From positions 7,238 through 71,237 of the forward strand of contig JAFVUD010000002.1 of the NCBI GenBank assembly GCA_017502865.1: DNA of 64,000 bases. Reading direction: 5' to 3'. The stretch is from Alphaproteobacteria bacterium (GTDB taxonomy: Bacteria; Pseudomonadota; Alphaproteobacteria; Rs-D84). The notes beneath the pieces are model-generated. The model was given only the letters and a program-made list of their open reading frames with translations. It ran no database searches and was not told the origin of the DNA. The position numbers were made by a program, and so were the translations under genes. Below are positions 34,372-44,342 of the stretch, one piece after another. The stretch's first letter is position 1; the number at the start of each line of letters is the position of its first letter.

Positions 34372-35032
34372 AACACGTTTATTATTTGGTGATGTGGCGA
34401 TAAAAAAACTGAAAAATGCAACCGTTATGGTTGTGGGCTGTGGGGCGGTTGGGTCATTCGCAATCGAAGCATTGGCACGCAGTGGCGTTGGTCACATTGT
34501 GGTTGTAGATTTTGACACAGTCGAAGAAACAAATATAAATCGCCAACTGTTCGCAACATGTCGCACAATCGGCATGCCAAAGGTCGATGTGGCAGAATCC
34601 AGAATTCACGATATTTCACCAGATATTTTGGTTGATAAATTTAATATGTTCTGGGATGCAGACACAGACATAGATTTGCGACCAGACTTTATTATTGATG
34701 CAATAGATTCTGTCCCGTCTAAGGTTGCGTTGGCACAATGGGCCCAGGCACACAATATACCAATTATCGCCAGTATGGGGGCGGCACTGAAAACAGACAT
34801 TACAAAAATTCAGGTTGGGAATTTATATAAAACATCTGTTTGCCCGTTGGCGGGACGTGTTCGCAAATTGGCACGGGATGCGGGTGTTGCCGATTACCCA
34901 GTGGTGTTTTCAACCGAAAAATCGGCCCCGGTTGTTGGACACGCCAAGAATATGGGGTCGATTATCACGGTCACGGGCACATTTGGATTAATGCTGGGCG
35001 GGTATGTGATTGATAAAATAATTGGCGAATAA
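34355..35032 (+). CDS. tcdA: tRNA threonylcarbamoyladenosine dehydratase (TcdA/ThiF family)
   Basis: GCGAVGSFAIEALARSG, TNINRQ, DAID, SMGAA, CPLA, VVFSTE. Confidence 0.88.
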   Translation: MDRLFRTRLLFGDVAIKKLKNATVMVVGCGAVGSFAIEALARSGVGHIVVVDFDTVEETNINRQLFATCRTIGMPKVDVAESRIHDISPDILVDKFNMFWDADTDIDLRPDFIIDAIDSVPSKVALAQWAQAHNIPIIASMGAALKTDITKIQVGNLYKTSVCPLAGRVRKLARDAGVADYPVVFSTEKSAPVVGHAKNMGSIITVTGTFGLMLGGYVIDKIIGE

Positions 35033-35082
35033 AAAACGCCCCGGGATTTGGGGCGTGGACATGAAACTTTGTTTTGGAATAA

Positions 35083-35295
35083 TTATCGGTTGTTGCGAAC
35101 AGGCTGGTCCACAAACATCCAGATTAACCATACCAATGCTGCGATACCGATAATCGCATAGACAATGTTGCTGGCCAGGGTGGCTGGGCCAAACAGCCAT
35201 GCGACCAAGTCAAAACCAAAGATACCAATCAACCCCCAGTTCAGGGCACCGATGAATGTCAATGGTTTTAGAACATAGTTTGTTAGTCCTCTCAT
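35083..35295 (-). CDS. DUF378 family small membrane protein
   Basis: IGALNWGLIGIFGFDLVAWLFG, IVYAIIGIAA. Confidence 0.9.
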   Translation of the reverse strand: MRGLTNYVLKPLTFIGALNWGLIGIFGFDLVAWLFGPATLASNIVYAIIGIAALVWLIWMFVDQPVRNNR

Positions 35296-35496
35296 CTCTT
35301 TTTTCTCCTTTGCAAGGTTTTGATATGTTGTCTTGATAGACATTTATATTATACCGTGAAATAAAACACCGTGCAATATCAATAACGCACTTAGGAAAAG
35401 GTTCTAACCCGCAAAATACAAGGACTTTTATCACAAGCACAGGTACACATTGCCGAATTATGAGCAATAAAAAAAACGGGGCAAATGCCCCGATTT

Positions 35497-36309
35497 TTAT
35501 TCTTGGTCCAAACCTTTGAGCAGGATGTCTTTCAATTCGTTTGGCATCATGCCGGTTGTAGAATAACCACAATCTACGTGGTGGACTTCACCGGTGACGG
35601 CACTGGACAAATCACTGAACAGATACATTGCAGCACCTGATACATCGTCCAGGGTCATGTTACGACGTAATGGTGTTTGTTCCGAATTCAGGCGTAACAT
35701 AGCCTTGAACCCGCCAACACCACTGGATGCCAATGTCATAATTGGGCCGGCACTGATTGCATTAACACGAATTCCGTCACGTCCCAGGTCAGATGCCAGA
35801 TAGCGAACACTGCTGTCCAGGGCGGATTTTGCAACACCCATTACATTGTAATTTGGCACAGATTTTTCGCCACCATAGTATGTCAGGGTGACAATACTGC
35901 CCCCGTTGTTCATCAGGCGGGATGCACGACGTGTCAAATCAACCAATGAATACACGGAAATGTCCATTGTGTTCTTGAAATTGTCACGGGTTGTGTCTGC
36001 ATAGCGACCGGTTAATTCGTTTTTATCTGAAAATGCGATTGCGTGCAACATACCATCCAGGTGGCCCCATTCTGCTTCGATTTTATTGAACAGGTCGTCC
36101 AGTTGTTCATCATTTTGAACGTTGCATTCCTGGACAAATTTGGCACCAATGGATTCCGCCAATGGACGAACACGTTTTTCCAATGCAGGCATCGCATATG
36201 GCATTGCGATTTCAGCACCCATTTCATGTGCACGTTTGGCAATTGCCCACGCCATAGACCAATCGTTGGCAACGCCCGTGATTAAAATCTTTTTTCCTTT
36301 TAATAACAT
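35497..36309 (-). CDS. fabI: Enoyl-ACP reductase
   Basis: GKKILITGVAN, HAIAF, ISVYS, YNVMGVAK, RVNAISAGPI. Confidence 0.96.
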   Translation of the reverse strand: MLLKGKKILITGVANDWSMAWAIAKRAHEMGAEIAMPYAMPALEKRVRPLAESIGAKFVQECNVQNDEQLDDLFNKIEAEWGHLDGMLHAIAFSDKNELTGRYADTTRDNFKNTMDISVYSLVDLTRRASRLMNNGGSIVTLTYYGGEKSVPNYNVMGVAKSALDSSVRYLASDLGRDGIRVNAISAGPIMTLASSGVGGFKAMLRLNSEQTPLRRNMTLDDVSGAAMYLFSDLSSAVTGEVHHVDCGYSTTGMMPNELKDILLKGLDQE

Positions 36310-36418
36310 TATAATGTTCCTTTTGTTATTTCTATTGGACAGATTAAATATAGCACCAAAAAAAATCACCTGCAACAGGTATGTTTTTGGCATAAAAAAA
36401 CGGGCAATCGCCCGTTGG

Positions 36419-38206
36419 TTATTTTTTCTGGTCTTTTGTCTTGAACTGCATATCATACAGTGTTTTATATGCACCACCGTCAATTTGCACCAATTCATCG
36501 TGGGTGCCCATTTCGACAATTTCGCCATGGTTGACCACTACGATTTTAGATGCGTTGCGGATTGTAGATAAACGGTGTGCGATTACGAACACAGTTTTGT
36601 CCATCATCAGGTTTTCGATTGCACGTTGGACGACGGCTTCGGATTTATTGTCCAGGGCAGATGTCGCTTCGTCCAGAATCAGGATTGGGGCATTTTTCAA
36701 AAATGCACGGGCGATTGCGACACGCTGTTTCTGGCCGCCAGACAACAGGATTCCACGTTCGCCAATCTGGGTATCCAGACCATTTTTTAACGTGCCGACA
36801 AAGTCGTCCAGGCATGCCATTTTGATTGCAGTATCAACCATTTCTGGGGTGGCATCTTGGTTCCCCAGCATAATGTTTTCACGGATTGTGCCGGCGAACA
36901 GGAAGTTATCCTGGAACACGACCCCGATATTTTCACGCAATGACTGCAACGTAAAATCACGAATATCATGCCCATCGATTGTGATTTTGCCCGATGTCAC
37001 GTCATAGAAACGGGGCAGCAAACTGACCAACGTGGATTTACCACCGCCCGAATTACCGACCAGGGCGATTGTTTCCCCACGGTTCACCGTCAGGTCTATA
37101 TTTTTCAGCACAGGCACATTTTGAACATATTCAAATGATACATCGTGGAATTCGATTTTGCCGTGTGCACGTGGCATTTGTTTTGCATCAGGCTTATCAA
37201 TAATGGCGGGGCAACTGTCCAGGACATCAAACACACGATCGATTGCCATAAATGCCATGATAACAGAATTATAGTTGCTGCCCAGACTTTTCATTGGGGT
37301 GTACAGCATGATTAACGCTGTCAAGAAAGACACAAAACCACCACTGGTAATCGTGCCGTTCAAAATCAGGTATGAACCGTACCAAATCGCAGCCCCAATA
37401 CCCACCGACAGGATAATATGCATAACCGGTGACAGCCAACGGGTACGCTGTAACAGTTTGATACGCATGCGGAACACGCCGTCCAGAACGGTGTTAAATT
37501 TTTCTTTTTGATAATCTTCCAGATTATACGAAATGATGGTTTTATTGCCGGCGTATGATTCATTGTACACGGTCAACAATGCAGAATCCGCAACGACGGT
37601 TTTATCCATAACGGATTTAACCTTTTTCTTAATCGACATCATTGGGATAAATGCACAAATCAAGATTGCAACACACACCAATGCCAATTGCCATGAATTA
37701 TAGAACAGCACGAAAATCAGCGAAATGGCGGTAAAGAATTTCTGGACAAAGTTTTTCAGATTGGTCAACAGGCCGGCACATGCCATATCGGCATTATTGT
37801 TGAACATAAAAATAACATCACCAGAATTGCGTTGGTTAAAGAAATTGGTTTCGAAACACAACATCTTTTTATACAAATCGAATTTCAACAGGTTGGTGAT
37901 TTTAGCCCCGACCCATGTATTCAGGTAATTTACAGCGTATGTCAAACCGCCCTGGACCACGGTGAACAATATGATGGCCAATGGGATATACCATGCGGTC
38001 TGCAAAGATTTATCGACCATAACCAGGTCCATATATGGCTTTAACGACATGGCAATCAAGGCGTCCATCGACCCGATTGGAATCGCCAGCAACACAGACA
38101 TTAACGCACGGAACCAGTATGGTTTAACATACGGCCACATACGTTTATAGTTTTTTACGAACGAATTTTTCAGGACTGCGCCCTTAACATCAATTTTTTT
38201 TACCAT
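36419..38206 (-). CDS. msbA: Lipid A flippase-like ABC transporter (MsbA family)
   Basis: 6 TM + GNSGGGKS, LSGGQKQR, ILDEATSALD; FVSFLTALIMLYTPMK. Confidence 0.75.
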   Translation of the reverse strand: MVKKIDVKGAVLKNSFVKNYKRMWPYVKPYWFRALMSVLLAIPIGSMDALIAMSLKPYMDLVMVDKSLQTAWYIPLAIILFTVVQGGLTYAVNYLNTWVGAKITNLLKFDLYKKMLCFETNFFNQRNSGDVIFMFNNNADMACAGLLTNLKNFVQKFFTAISLIFVLFYNSWQLALVCVAILICAFIPMMSIKKKVKSVMDKTVVADSALLTVYNESYAGNKTIISYNLEDYQKEKFNTVLDGVFRMRIKLLQRTRWLSPVMHIILSVGIGAAIWYGSYLILNGTITSGGFVSFLTALIMLYTPMKSLGSNYNSVIMAFMAIDRVFDVLDSCPAIIDKPDAKQMPRAHGKIEFHDVSFEYVQNVPVLKNIDLTVNRGETIALVGNSGGGKSTLVSLLPRFYDVTSGKITIDGHDIRDFTLQSLRENIGVVFQDNFLFAGTIRENIMLGNQDATPEMVDTAIKMACLDDFVGTLKNGLDTQIGERGILLSGGQKQRVAIARAFLKNAPILILDEATSALDNKSEAVVQRAIENLMMDKTVFVIAHRLSTIRNASKIVVVNHGEIVEMGTHDELVQIDGGAYKTLYDMQFKTKDQKK

Positions 38207-38327
38207 AATACGCCTTTGTTCGGCCACATTATAAACATATTTACAAATAATGCAACAACACAAAAATCTGTGGTAAATATAGAAATATATGCTAGTATCG
38301 ATGCGCAAAATAAAAAGGAAAAAAGAA

Positions 38328-38729
38328 ATGCAAAATAAACTGGGGCTAAAATCGCAATACAGACTGACCATCGCTAATATCTGGGATATCGTGAACGCAG
38401 GGGTTATTGACCGCATGGATATCAATCGGGGCTGGACAAAATGTCGTGATTATCCGGCACACTGCGAATATTATTCTGTGGGCGATAATTTCAAAATCGA
38501 AATTCGTAACCAAACACACCCATGTATTCACAGTGTGGCTGTGCTGAAAAACAAGACATGCAATACGGTGCTGGCTGAAATTTATCACCCAGAATGGGTG
38601 GCAAATTTGGCAAAAACATTGCGTCTGCGGGCGGGCGACCCACACCAGGCCCAGGTGGCGGCGGTTGCGTCATATGCCAACACACTGATGCAGGCAAAAA
38701 AGATTGCACAGTTGGCACACGTTCATTAA
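38328..38729 (+). CDS. Hypothetical protein
   Basis: ORF with SD aagga, followed by terminator accgcc/ggcggt. Confidence 0.6.
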   Translation: MQNKLGLKSQYRLTIANIWDIVNAGVIDRMDINRGWTKCRDYPAHCEYYSVGDNFKIEIRNQTHPCIHSVAVLKNKTCNTVLAEIYHPEWVANLAKTLRLRAGDPHQAQVAAVASYANTLMQAKKIAQLAHVH

Positions 38730-38754
38730 AACACCGCCCATTCGGGCGGTTTTG

Positions 38755-38982
38755 TTTTTGGGTTCTCGTCCGGTGCCCCATTGCCAAAATAAAAAACCAC
38801 CATGCGGTGGTTTCTTATTTGTGGTGGGGACACAGGGACTGTAAATTCCCATGGTCGTTTACACTCCATGGGCCCCTTTCGCTTCGCCCCGAACCCTTTT
38901 TGGGTTCTCGTCCGGTGCCCCATTGCCAAAATAAAAAACCACCATGCGGTGGTTTCTTATTTGTGGTGGGGACACAGGGACT
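38755..38982 (-). repeat. 86-bp perfect direct repeat containing tRNA-Lys 3' end, with 56-bp spacer
   Basis: 38755-38840 identical to 38897-38982. Confidence 0.92.
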
Positions 38983-39039
38983 CGAACCCTGGACCCAATG
39001 ATTAAAAGTCATTTGCTCTACCAACTGAGCTATGTCCCC
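38964..39039 (-). tRNA. tRNA-Lys(TTT)
   Basis: GGGGACA..aatga-ct-TTT-aa-tcatt..GGTTCGAG..TGTCCCCACCA. Confidence 0.97.
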
Positions 39040-39142
39040 AAAACCGGACCTGGAAAGGGAGAACACGGGGTTCTGTTTCCAAGGTACGGGGGCAATTTTG
39101 ACACATTTAAAAACAAATTGCAAGAAAAAATCTAAAAAAATT

Positions 39143-39826
39143 TCATTTTTTATTTTTAGTGCCCTGCCCCGATGGCTGGGCGGTGGTTAAATGCTGGGCC
39201 AGGGTTATGGCAGACACACTGTCCACGTCCAGCCAATCCAGAACATGCAGCATGATTTTTTCCATGTATTTGGCCGATATCTGGCGACCGTGATGAAATT
39301 TTAATTCGGTTATCAAATGCCCCAGATCACGTGCCAGTGATGATAAAATCTGGGTCTGGTCCGGGGTCAGGATTTGGTCCTGGCCGTTGCGGTACAGTAA
39401 TGTATCCAGTTCGCTGTGGACGTCGTTCATGTGGTTCAATATGCGTGGACCTATATTCAGGCGGCGTGATATTTCTGGGCTGCGCATCGTCAACATGCGA
39501 TTCAGGTTTTCCAAGGTCAAACGTGACCGAACGCCCATGGATTCACGCAGCAATAAAACTATGTTCAGCATTATGTGATTCAATTTGTCGGCCAGGCTGT
39601 GGGCCATGGATTTTTTCATTTGGCGTGCAACACGGGAATTGGTGTAATCGTACAGCAAGAATACCAGCGGTATCGACAGCAATGATGCAGAAACATTTAT
39701 GATTAAATCACGAATATTTGGGTTGGGTGCATTGTCTATGGCGGCAGTGTACAAAACAATGCCACCGGCAATAGACATCAGGTATGGGATAGACTTTAAA
39801 AAAACTGTGCGTAATTTTATTTTCAT
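39143..39826 (-). CDS. Hypothetical membrane protein
   Basis: Two N-terminal TM segments; 227 aa. Confidence 0.7.
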   Translation of the reverse strand: MKIKLRTVFLKSIPYLMSIAGGIVLYTAAIDNAPNPNIRDLIINVSASLLSIPLVFLLYDYTNSRVARQMKKSMAHSLADKLNHIMLNIVLLLRESMGVRSRLTLENLNRMLTMRSPEISRRLNIGPRILNHMNDVHSELDTLLYRNGQDQILTPDQTQILSSLARDLGHLITELKFHHGRQISAKYMEKIMLHVLDWLDVDSVSAITLAQHLTTAQPSGQGTKNKK

Positions 39827-39878
39827 GTGCACAGTTTAATATATTTGTAATCAATCATATACAGGAACGTATGCCGGA

Positions 39879-41123
39879 CTAAATCATGTCGTCTGATGCA
39901 GGACGCAATGTTTTTACCGGACGTAATGATGGGTTGTGGGCCAATGCACATTTATCACGAATAACCAGCAATGCCCACAGACCGGTCGCAACCAATATTG
40001 CCCCCAGCAACAAAACACTGATACGCCAGGAACCCATTGAACCGCCCAGCCCAACCAGCAGGCATGTGATTACATAAATCATGTTATCGCCGATGCTGTA
40101 CAGTGACAATATGACCGAACGGTATGACGTTGGCAGAAAGTCCTGGAACCGAGAGTATAGCAGGACATAAATGCCTGCGAACAAGACATAACCCAATCCC
40201 AACAGCCACAGGCCAGACACCGAATAGAAAATCGAGAACATAACATAACTGAGCCCGGCGACACAGATAGTTGTGTATAAAATCCAATCTGGGACCGATT
40301 TGAAACGATATGCAAATGTTTGACCCAAAATAGTACAGCCCATAATAAAGAACTGGGCAATACCAACAAATGCCAGTGGCAGACCGATTTCAATTCCAAT
40401 GGGACTGATGTAATCGTCCAGATAGCAAATATTGCTGACCACCAGGGTCAAGACCATCATCAAAAATATGCACGGTGTACGCATACAGATACGGGTACCT
40501 GTCTTGAACACGGTCATAAAACGTGCCTTGCGTTTTGTGCGATGACTGTCAGAATGTGCCGGCAATTTTACACGGGCAATAAAGAATATCGACAACCCCA
40601 GAACTGCAATGGAAATATACGTAATTGCTGCATAATCCAGCCCCAGCAACAGCAGCAATGACCCACACGATGACAATGCCGCCCCAACCGCCGAGAAGTT
40701 ATAGCGTGTTCCCAGAACACGGGCATAAATTCCATGGTTGCGACGGGCCCGCAAACCTTCGTAAATTATGGATTCGTATGCGACGTTGTGGGCGGCATAC
40801 TGAATCCCCCAGATGAACATACCGACCGCAAATCCCCAAAAATTTGGCACCATCAGCCACAGGGCGAAAGCGGCAGCCTTGGCCAATTGGCCGACAATAA
40901 CGGTGTTTTTTTGACCAATTAAATTCATCAGCCATGTAGTTGGAATCTGCATACAGAATGTACCGACCGACAATAATATGAACAAAAATGACAACTGCAT
41001 ATCGGTCATGCCGTGTTCCTGCATAAAAATGGCATACAGTGGCGACAGCATCATTAAGCGATTAAAGAACGCATGCAGATAAATATTTGTTAAAAAACGA
41101 CGCAAAGAAGACTTCTTTTTCAT
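39879..41123 (-). CDS. MFS transporter
   Basis: About 12 TM segments, QIPT..L..LIGQK, SYRSVILS. Confidence 0.85.
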   Translation of the reverse strand: MKKKSSLRRFLTNIYLHAFFNRLMMLSPLYAIFMQEHGMTDMQLSFLFILLSVGTFCMQIPTTWLMNLIGQKNTVIVGQLAKAAAFALWLMVPNFWGFAVGMFIWGIQYAAHNVAYESIIYEGLRARRNHGIYARVLGTRYNFSAVGAALSSCGSLLLLLGLDYAAITYISIAVLGLSIFFIARVKLPAHSDSHRTKRKARFMTVFKTGTRICMRTPCIFLMMVLTLVVSNICYLDDYISPIGIEIGLPLAFVGIAQFFIMGCTILGQTFAYRFKSVPDWILYTTICVAGLSYVMFSIFYSVSGLWLLGLGYVLFAGIYVLLYSRFQDFLPTSYRSVILSLYSIGDNMIYVITCLLVGLGGSMGSWRISVLLLGAILVATGLWALLVIRDKCALAHNPSLRPVKTLRPASDDMI

Positions 41124-41237
41124 ACCCAATCCATCCTGAGTTCGATTATAGCGGATTAATTTATATTTTTGTACCGAAAATATTGAAAAATTCGACAAAA
41201 TGCACTATAATATCTGGGATAGATAAAGGGTGCAATT

Positions 41238-43619
41238 ATGGCCGACGTAAAGATGGAAGAATTTTTATCGCAATACTATATGCAGTTGCATTTCAACAAC
41301 ATGCCGGCTGAGGTTTTTGCACAATTTCTAGATTTTGCTAAAAAAGACGACTTTCGTGGCAATATGAAACATTGGAAAAAATTCCTGATGACGGTGGATG
41401 CCAATGGTAATTTGGTAAAGAAGGATTTACCAGATCCAGACGGCACGGAATATCATTTGGATATTGACCAGTGGCAAAAAATGTTCAAAGAATTTCGCAA
41501 CGCATTTCGCAAAATGTCTGCAAATCGTTCGACCTTTGATAATCCAAACAATTTTCAAACATATAATAAAGATGCAGCTAATTTCTTGGACGAATATTTT
41601 GGACCAGGTAAATTATTCGAACAGATATCAGCATCGCCAGAGGCAGACGTTCAGTTACAACAATTAAAATTGATACTGGAAGCGAACGAACCCGCATTCA
41701 CGGTAAAACTGGCTGAATGGGGACAGATTTCGTATAGAGACCTGGTAGATGGATTAAAAAACCAAAAATATAACACAGATGCAGAATTTCAAGAAAAGGT
41801 AAAAGCTGTTGCCCAGTATATAGAGTATTACAAGACTGAATTGAATATTCCTGCATTACAGTTGTTAGACTTTAAGAAAATACAAGATGGTTTTGAAGGT
41901 ACAACTGTTTCAGCAGCGCAATTGAATGCTTTTAGAACAGAATACGACAACCTGTTGCGGACACTGTATAAGAAAGATGGTATAAGAAAACTGTTCCCAT
42001 CGGACAAAATAAATTCTGTGCTGACAAATGCGAAAAGCGTTGTTGATTATGGCAACAGTAGCAGTGACGATTATGTTCCACCAAAACGCAAAGATGAATT
42101 GACACCATGGCAACAACTGCAAAAAGATGTTGGTGATACATATGCAGATACACTGGAAAAATATGTAAAATTTTCCGGGGACAGATTGTTCTTTTCGGAC
42201 CAGGCCAAACAAATTGTTTCCGCAATCCCCAAAAAAGTAAAACCTACGGATGGAATTGGTGCAATTTTGTCTGCCCAATCTGATATTGAAAAAAATCTTA
42301 AATTCAAATCACCCAAGGCATTGTCTCATTTCAAATGGTTTTGCAAAACAATGGGCGAACTGCAGAATACAATGAAAAAAGCCTTTGAGGGTGCGTTGCG
42401 TAATGGACGTCAGATGCGGGCACTTATCGAAGAAATGATTTTGATTGCGGTGCGCGACGGAAAAGAAGCAGAAGCAAAAACAGCGATGGAAATTTTGTCG
42501 GTGGCAAAGTATGGATACACCACTAGCAAGATTATGGATACGCTGGGCAAAGAACAGTTCACTATATTTTCAGACGGCAAATTGTCATGGAACAAAAGCG
42601 AAGGCGTCGCATTCGTTACCAAGGCTATGGATAAAAGTATCAAGGCTGCATTTATGGGGATTGGATATGGAATCACAACTGCGGTCAATGCAATTAACCT
42701 GTCGGGCAGCAAATTCAAAGGGAAACGTGGACGTTTAAAGGGTGCCCAAGAAGCATTTCAACAATCTTCGCAGGATGGTTTGGCAGATTTGCATCGCCAA
42801 CAGCAAGAAGATACCGATACACGCAATCTGCATCAGCAAACACTGAATGCAATGGCCAACGCACCGGTCAACATCGACGAAACAAATATTGATGCACACA
42901 GAACTGCATATGCACAAAATCAAGCCACCGCCGCTAGAATGCGTCAACGCGTAGCCGAAGCGAAACAGCGCCGTCAGGATTTGCCGGCTGAAATTCAGCA
43001 AAAACAGGCTGAAATTCAGCAAATTCAGCAAACCATTCTGCAGATTACAGACATGGAATCGCAGACGCACACACGCATTGGTGAAATAAACAGACGAATT
43101 GCAGATCCGACCACACCACCCGCAGAAATCCCAACACTGCAGGCAGAATTAAACTACTTACAAAATACACATCTGCAAGCACTGGCAGCAAACAAACAAG
43201 ATGCAAACAACCAAATAAACAACACCAATCGGGATATTACCAGACTGCAGGGAGTGCTGGCTAATATCGATAGCGTGATTCAGGCACGTGAAAATGCACT
43301 GCACGCACAAGAGAGTGCCAACTATCGTCAAGACATACGATTAACCGCATGGACCGAAGCAAAAAACACGGTTGACATGATGTCTGAACGCATTACCAAA
43401 CGTGATCAACAAATTAATAATTGGGATCAGGAACACAAAGATAAATATATGGAACTGATGGCATATTGGGATATGTTGGAAACCGGTCGCAATACAAAAA
43501 CAGGAAAGATGTATAACTGGTTTGGGAATCTGTCGAAGAAAAAAGCTGAAGATAAGTTTAAGGGCCAACGAGATACAATCGTCAACAACTATTTGTCGGG
43601 CTATGCCTATACCGCTTGA
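41238..43619 (+). CDS. Large hypothetical coiled-coil protein
   Basis: 793-aa ORF with promoter-like TATAAT and SD; Gln-rich heptads in C-terminal third. Confidence 0.8.
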   Translation: MADVKMEEFLSQYYMQLHFNNMPAEVFAQFLDFAKKDDFRGNMKHWKKFLMTVDANGNLVKKDLPDPDGTEYHLDIDQWQKMFKEFRNAFRKMSANRSTFDNPNNFQTYNKDAANFLDEYFGPGKLFEQISASPEADVQLQQLKLILEANEPAFTVKLAEWGQISYRDLVDGLKNQKYNTDAEFQEKVKAVAQYIEYYKTELNIPALQLLDFKKIQDGFEGTTVSAAQLNAFRTEYDNLLRTLYKKDGIRKLFPSDKINSVLTNAKSVVDYGNSSSDDYVPPKRKDELTPWQQLQKDVGDTYADTLEKYVKFSGDRLFFSDQAKQIVSAIPKKVKPTDGIGAILSAQSDIEKNLKFKSPKALSHFKWFCKTMGELQNTMKKAFEGALRNGRQMRALIEEMILIAVRDGKEAEAKTAMEILSVAKYGYTTSKIMDTLGKEQFTIFSDGKLSWNKSEGVAFVTKAMDKSIKAAFMGIGYGITTAVNAINLSGSKFKGKRGRLKGAQEAFQQSSQDGLADLHRQQQEDTDTRNLHQQTLNAMANAPVNIDETNIDAHRTAYAQNQATAARMRQRVAEAKQRRQDLPAEIQQKQAEIQQIQQTILQITDMESQTHTRIGEINRRIADPTTPPAEIPTLQAELNYLQNTHLQALAANKQDANNQINNTNRDITRLQGVLANIDSVIQARENALHAQESANYRQDIRLTAWTEAKNTVDMMSERITKRDQQINNWDQEHKDKYMELMAYWDMLETGRNTKTGKMYNWFGNLSKKKAEDKFKGQRDTIVNNYLSGYAYTA

Positions 43620-43706
43620 TTTTTTGGGGGATTTGTGATATAATTCGGTTATTCGACACCGCCGTGGGGCGGTGTTTTTTTGTTTATAAAATCAAAGGAG
43701 TTCTTT

Positions 43707-44297
43707 ATGTCACGAATTGTTCAAATTAGACGTGGTAATGCCGAAGACAACAATAATTTCACCGGGGCAATTGGTGAATTAACAATGGACACAGATGCCA
43801 AAACCATTCGGGTGCATGATGGGGAAACACTGGGTGGGTTTGCGTTGGCACGTGCCGACCAGGCCGCAGGCGGAAATGATGTTCCAGGTGGTTTTGATAT
43901 TACATCTGTGCCAGATGAATTCTGGGCCGGCACTGTGGAAAAACATACCCCGTGTCCGTTCACGATAATGGAATCGGCCAACATTGCAATTAACCCGAAT
44001 GCCGCCGGGGTGGTGTATAATTTCGAAACTGATTTGCGACCGGTGGTCGTGGATACGATGCTGGTGTGTCAGGTTCCCCAGGCAGGATACACCATTGGTG
44101 ACGAAGTTATGGCATTTGGCATTGGCAATCATTGGCACCCGTGTCCAAATGTTTGGCAAAATGAAAATGGTATTTATGTGCAATTATTCAGTGCCAAACA
44201 GGCTTTCTGGGTTGCCAATAAAACCGATGGAAATGTGACCAATATTACACCTGAAAATTGGGCGATAAAATTCCGAGTTTACGGTTGCAAGTGCTAA
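43707..44297 (+). CDS. Phage tail-fibre/major-tropism-determinant N-terminal-like protein
   Basis: VQIRRG....NNFTGAIGELTMDTD.KTIRVHDG.T.GG..LAR is a typical tail-fibre attachment motif; SD aaggag. Confidence 0.75.
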   Translation: MSRIVQIRRGNAEDNNNFTGAIGELTMDTDAKTIRVHDGETLGGFALARADQAAGGNDVPGGFDITSVPDEFWAGTVEKHTPCPFTIMESANIAINPNAAGVVYNFETDLRPVVVDTMLVCQVPQAGYTIGDEVMAFGIGNHWHPCPNVWQNENGIYVQLFSAKQAFWVANKTDGNVTNITPENWAIKFRVYGCKC

Positions 44298-44342
44298 AAT
44301 CATTTGCTATGCTGAACCGCATAGAAAACCAAGGGGATTAAA

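Noticed and set aside
38755-38982. Direct repeats as a CRISPR array
   Set aside because: Only two 86-bp copies derived from the tRNA 3' end; no cas genes in the window.
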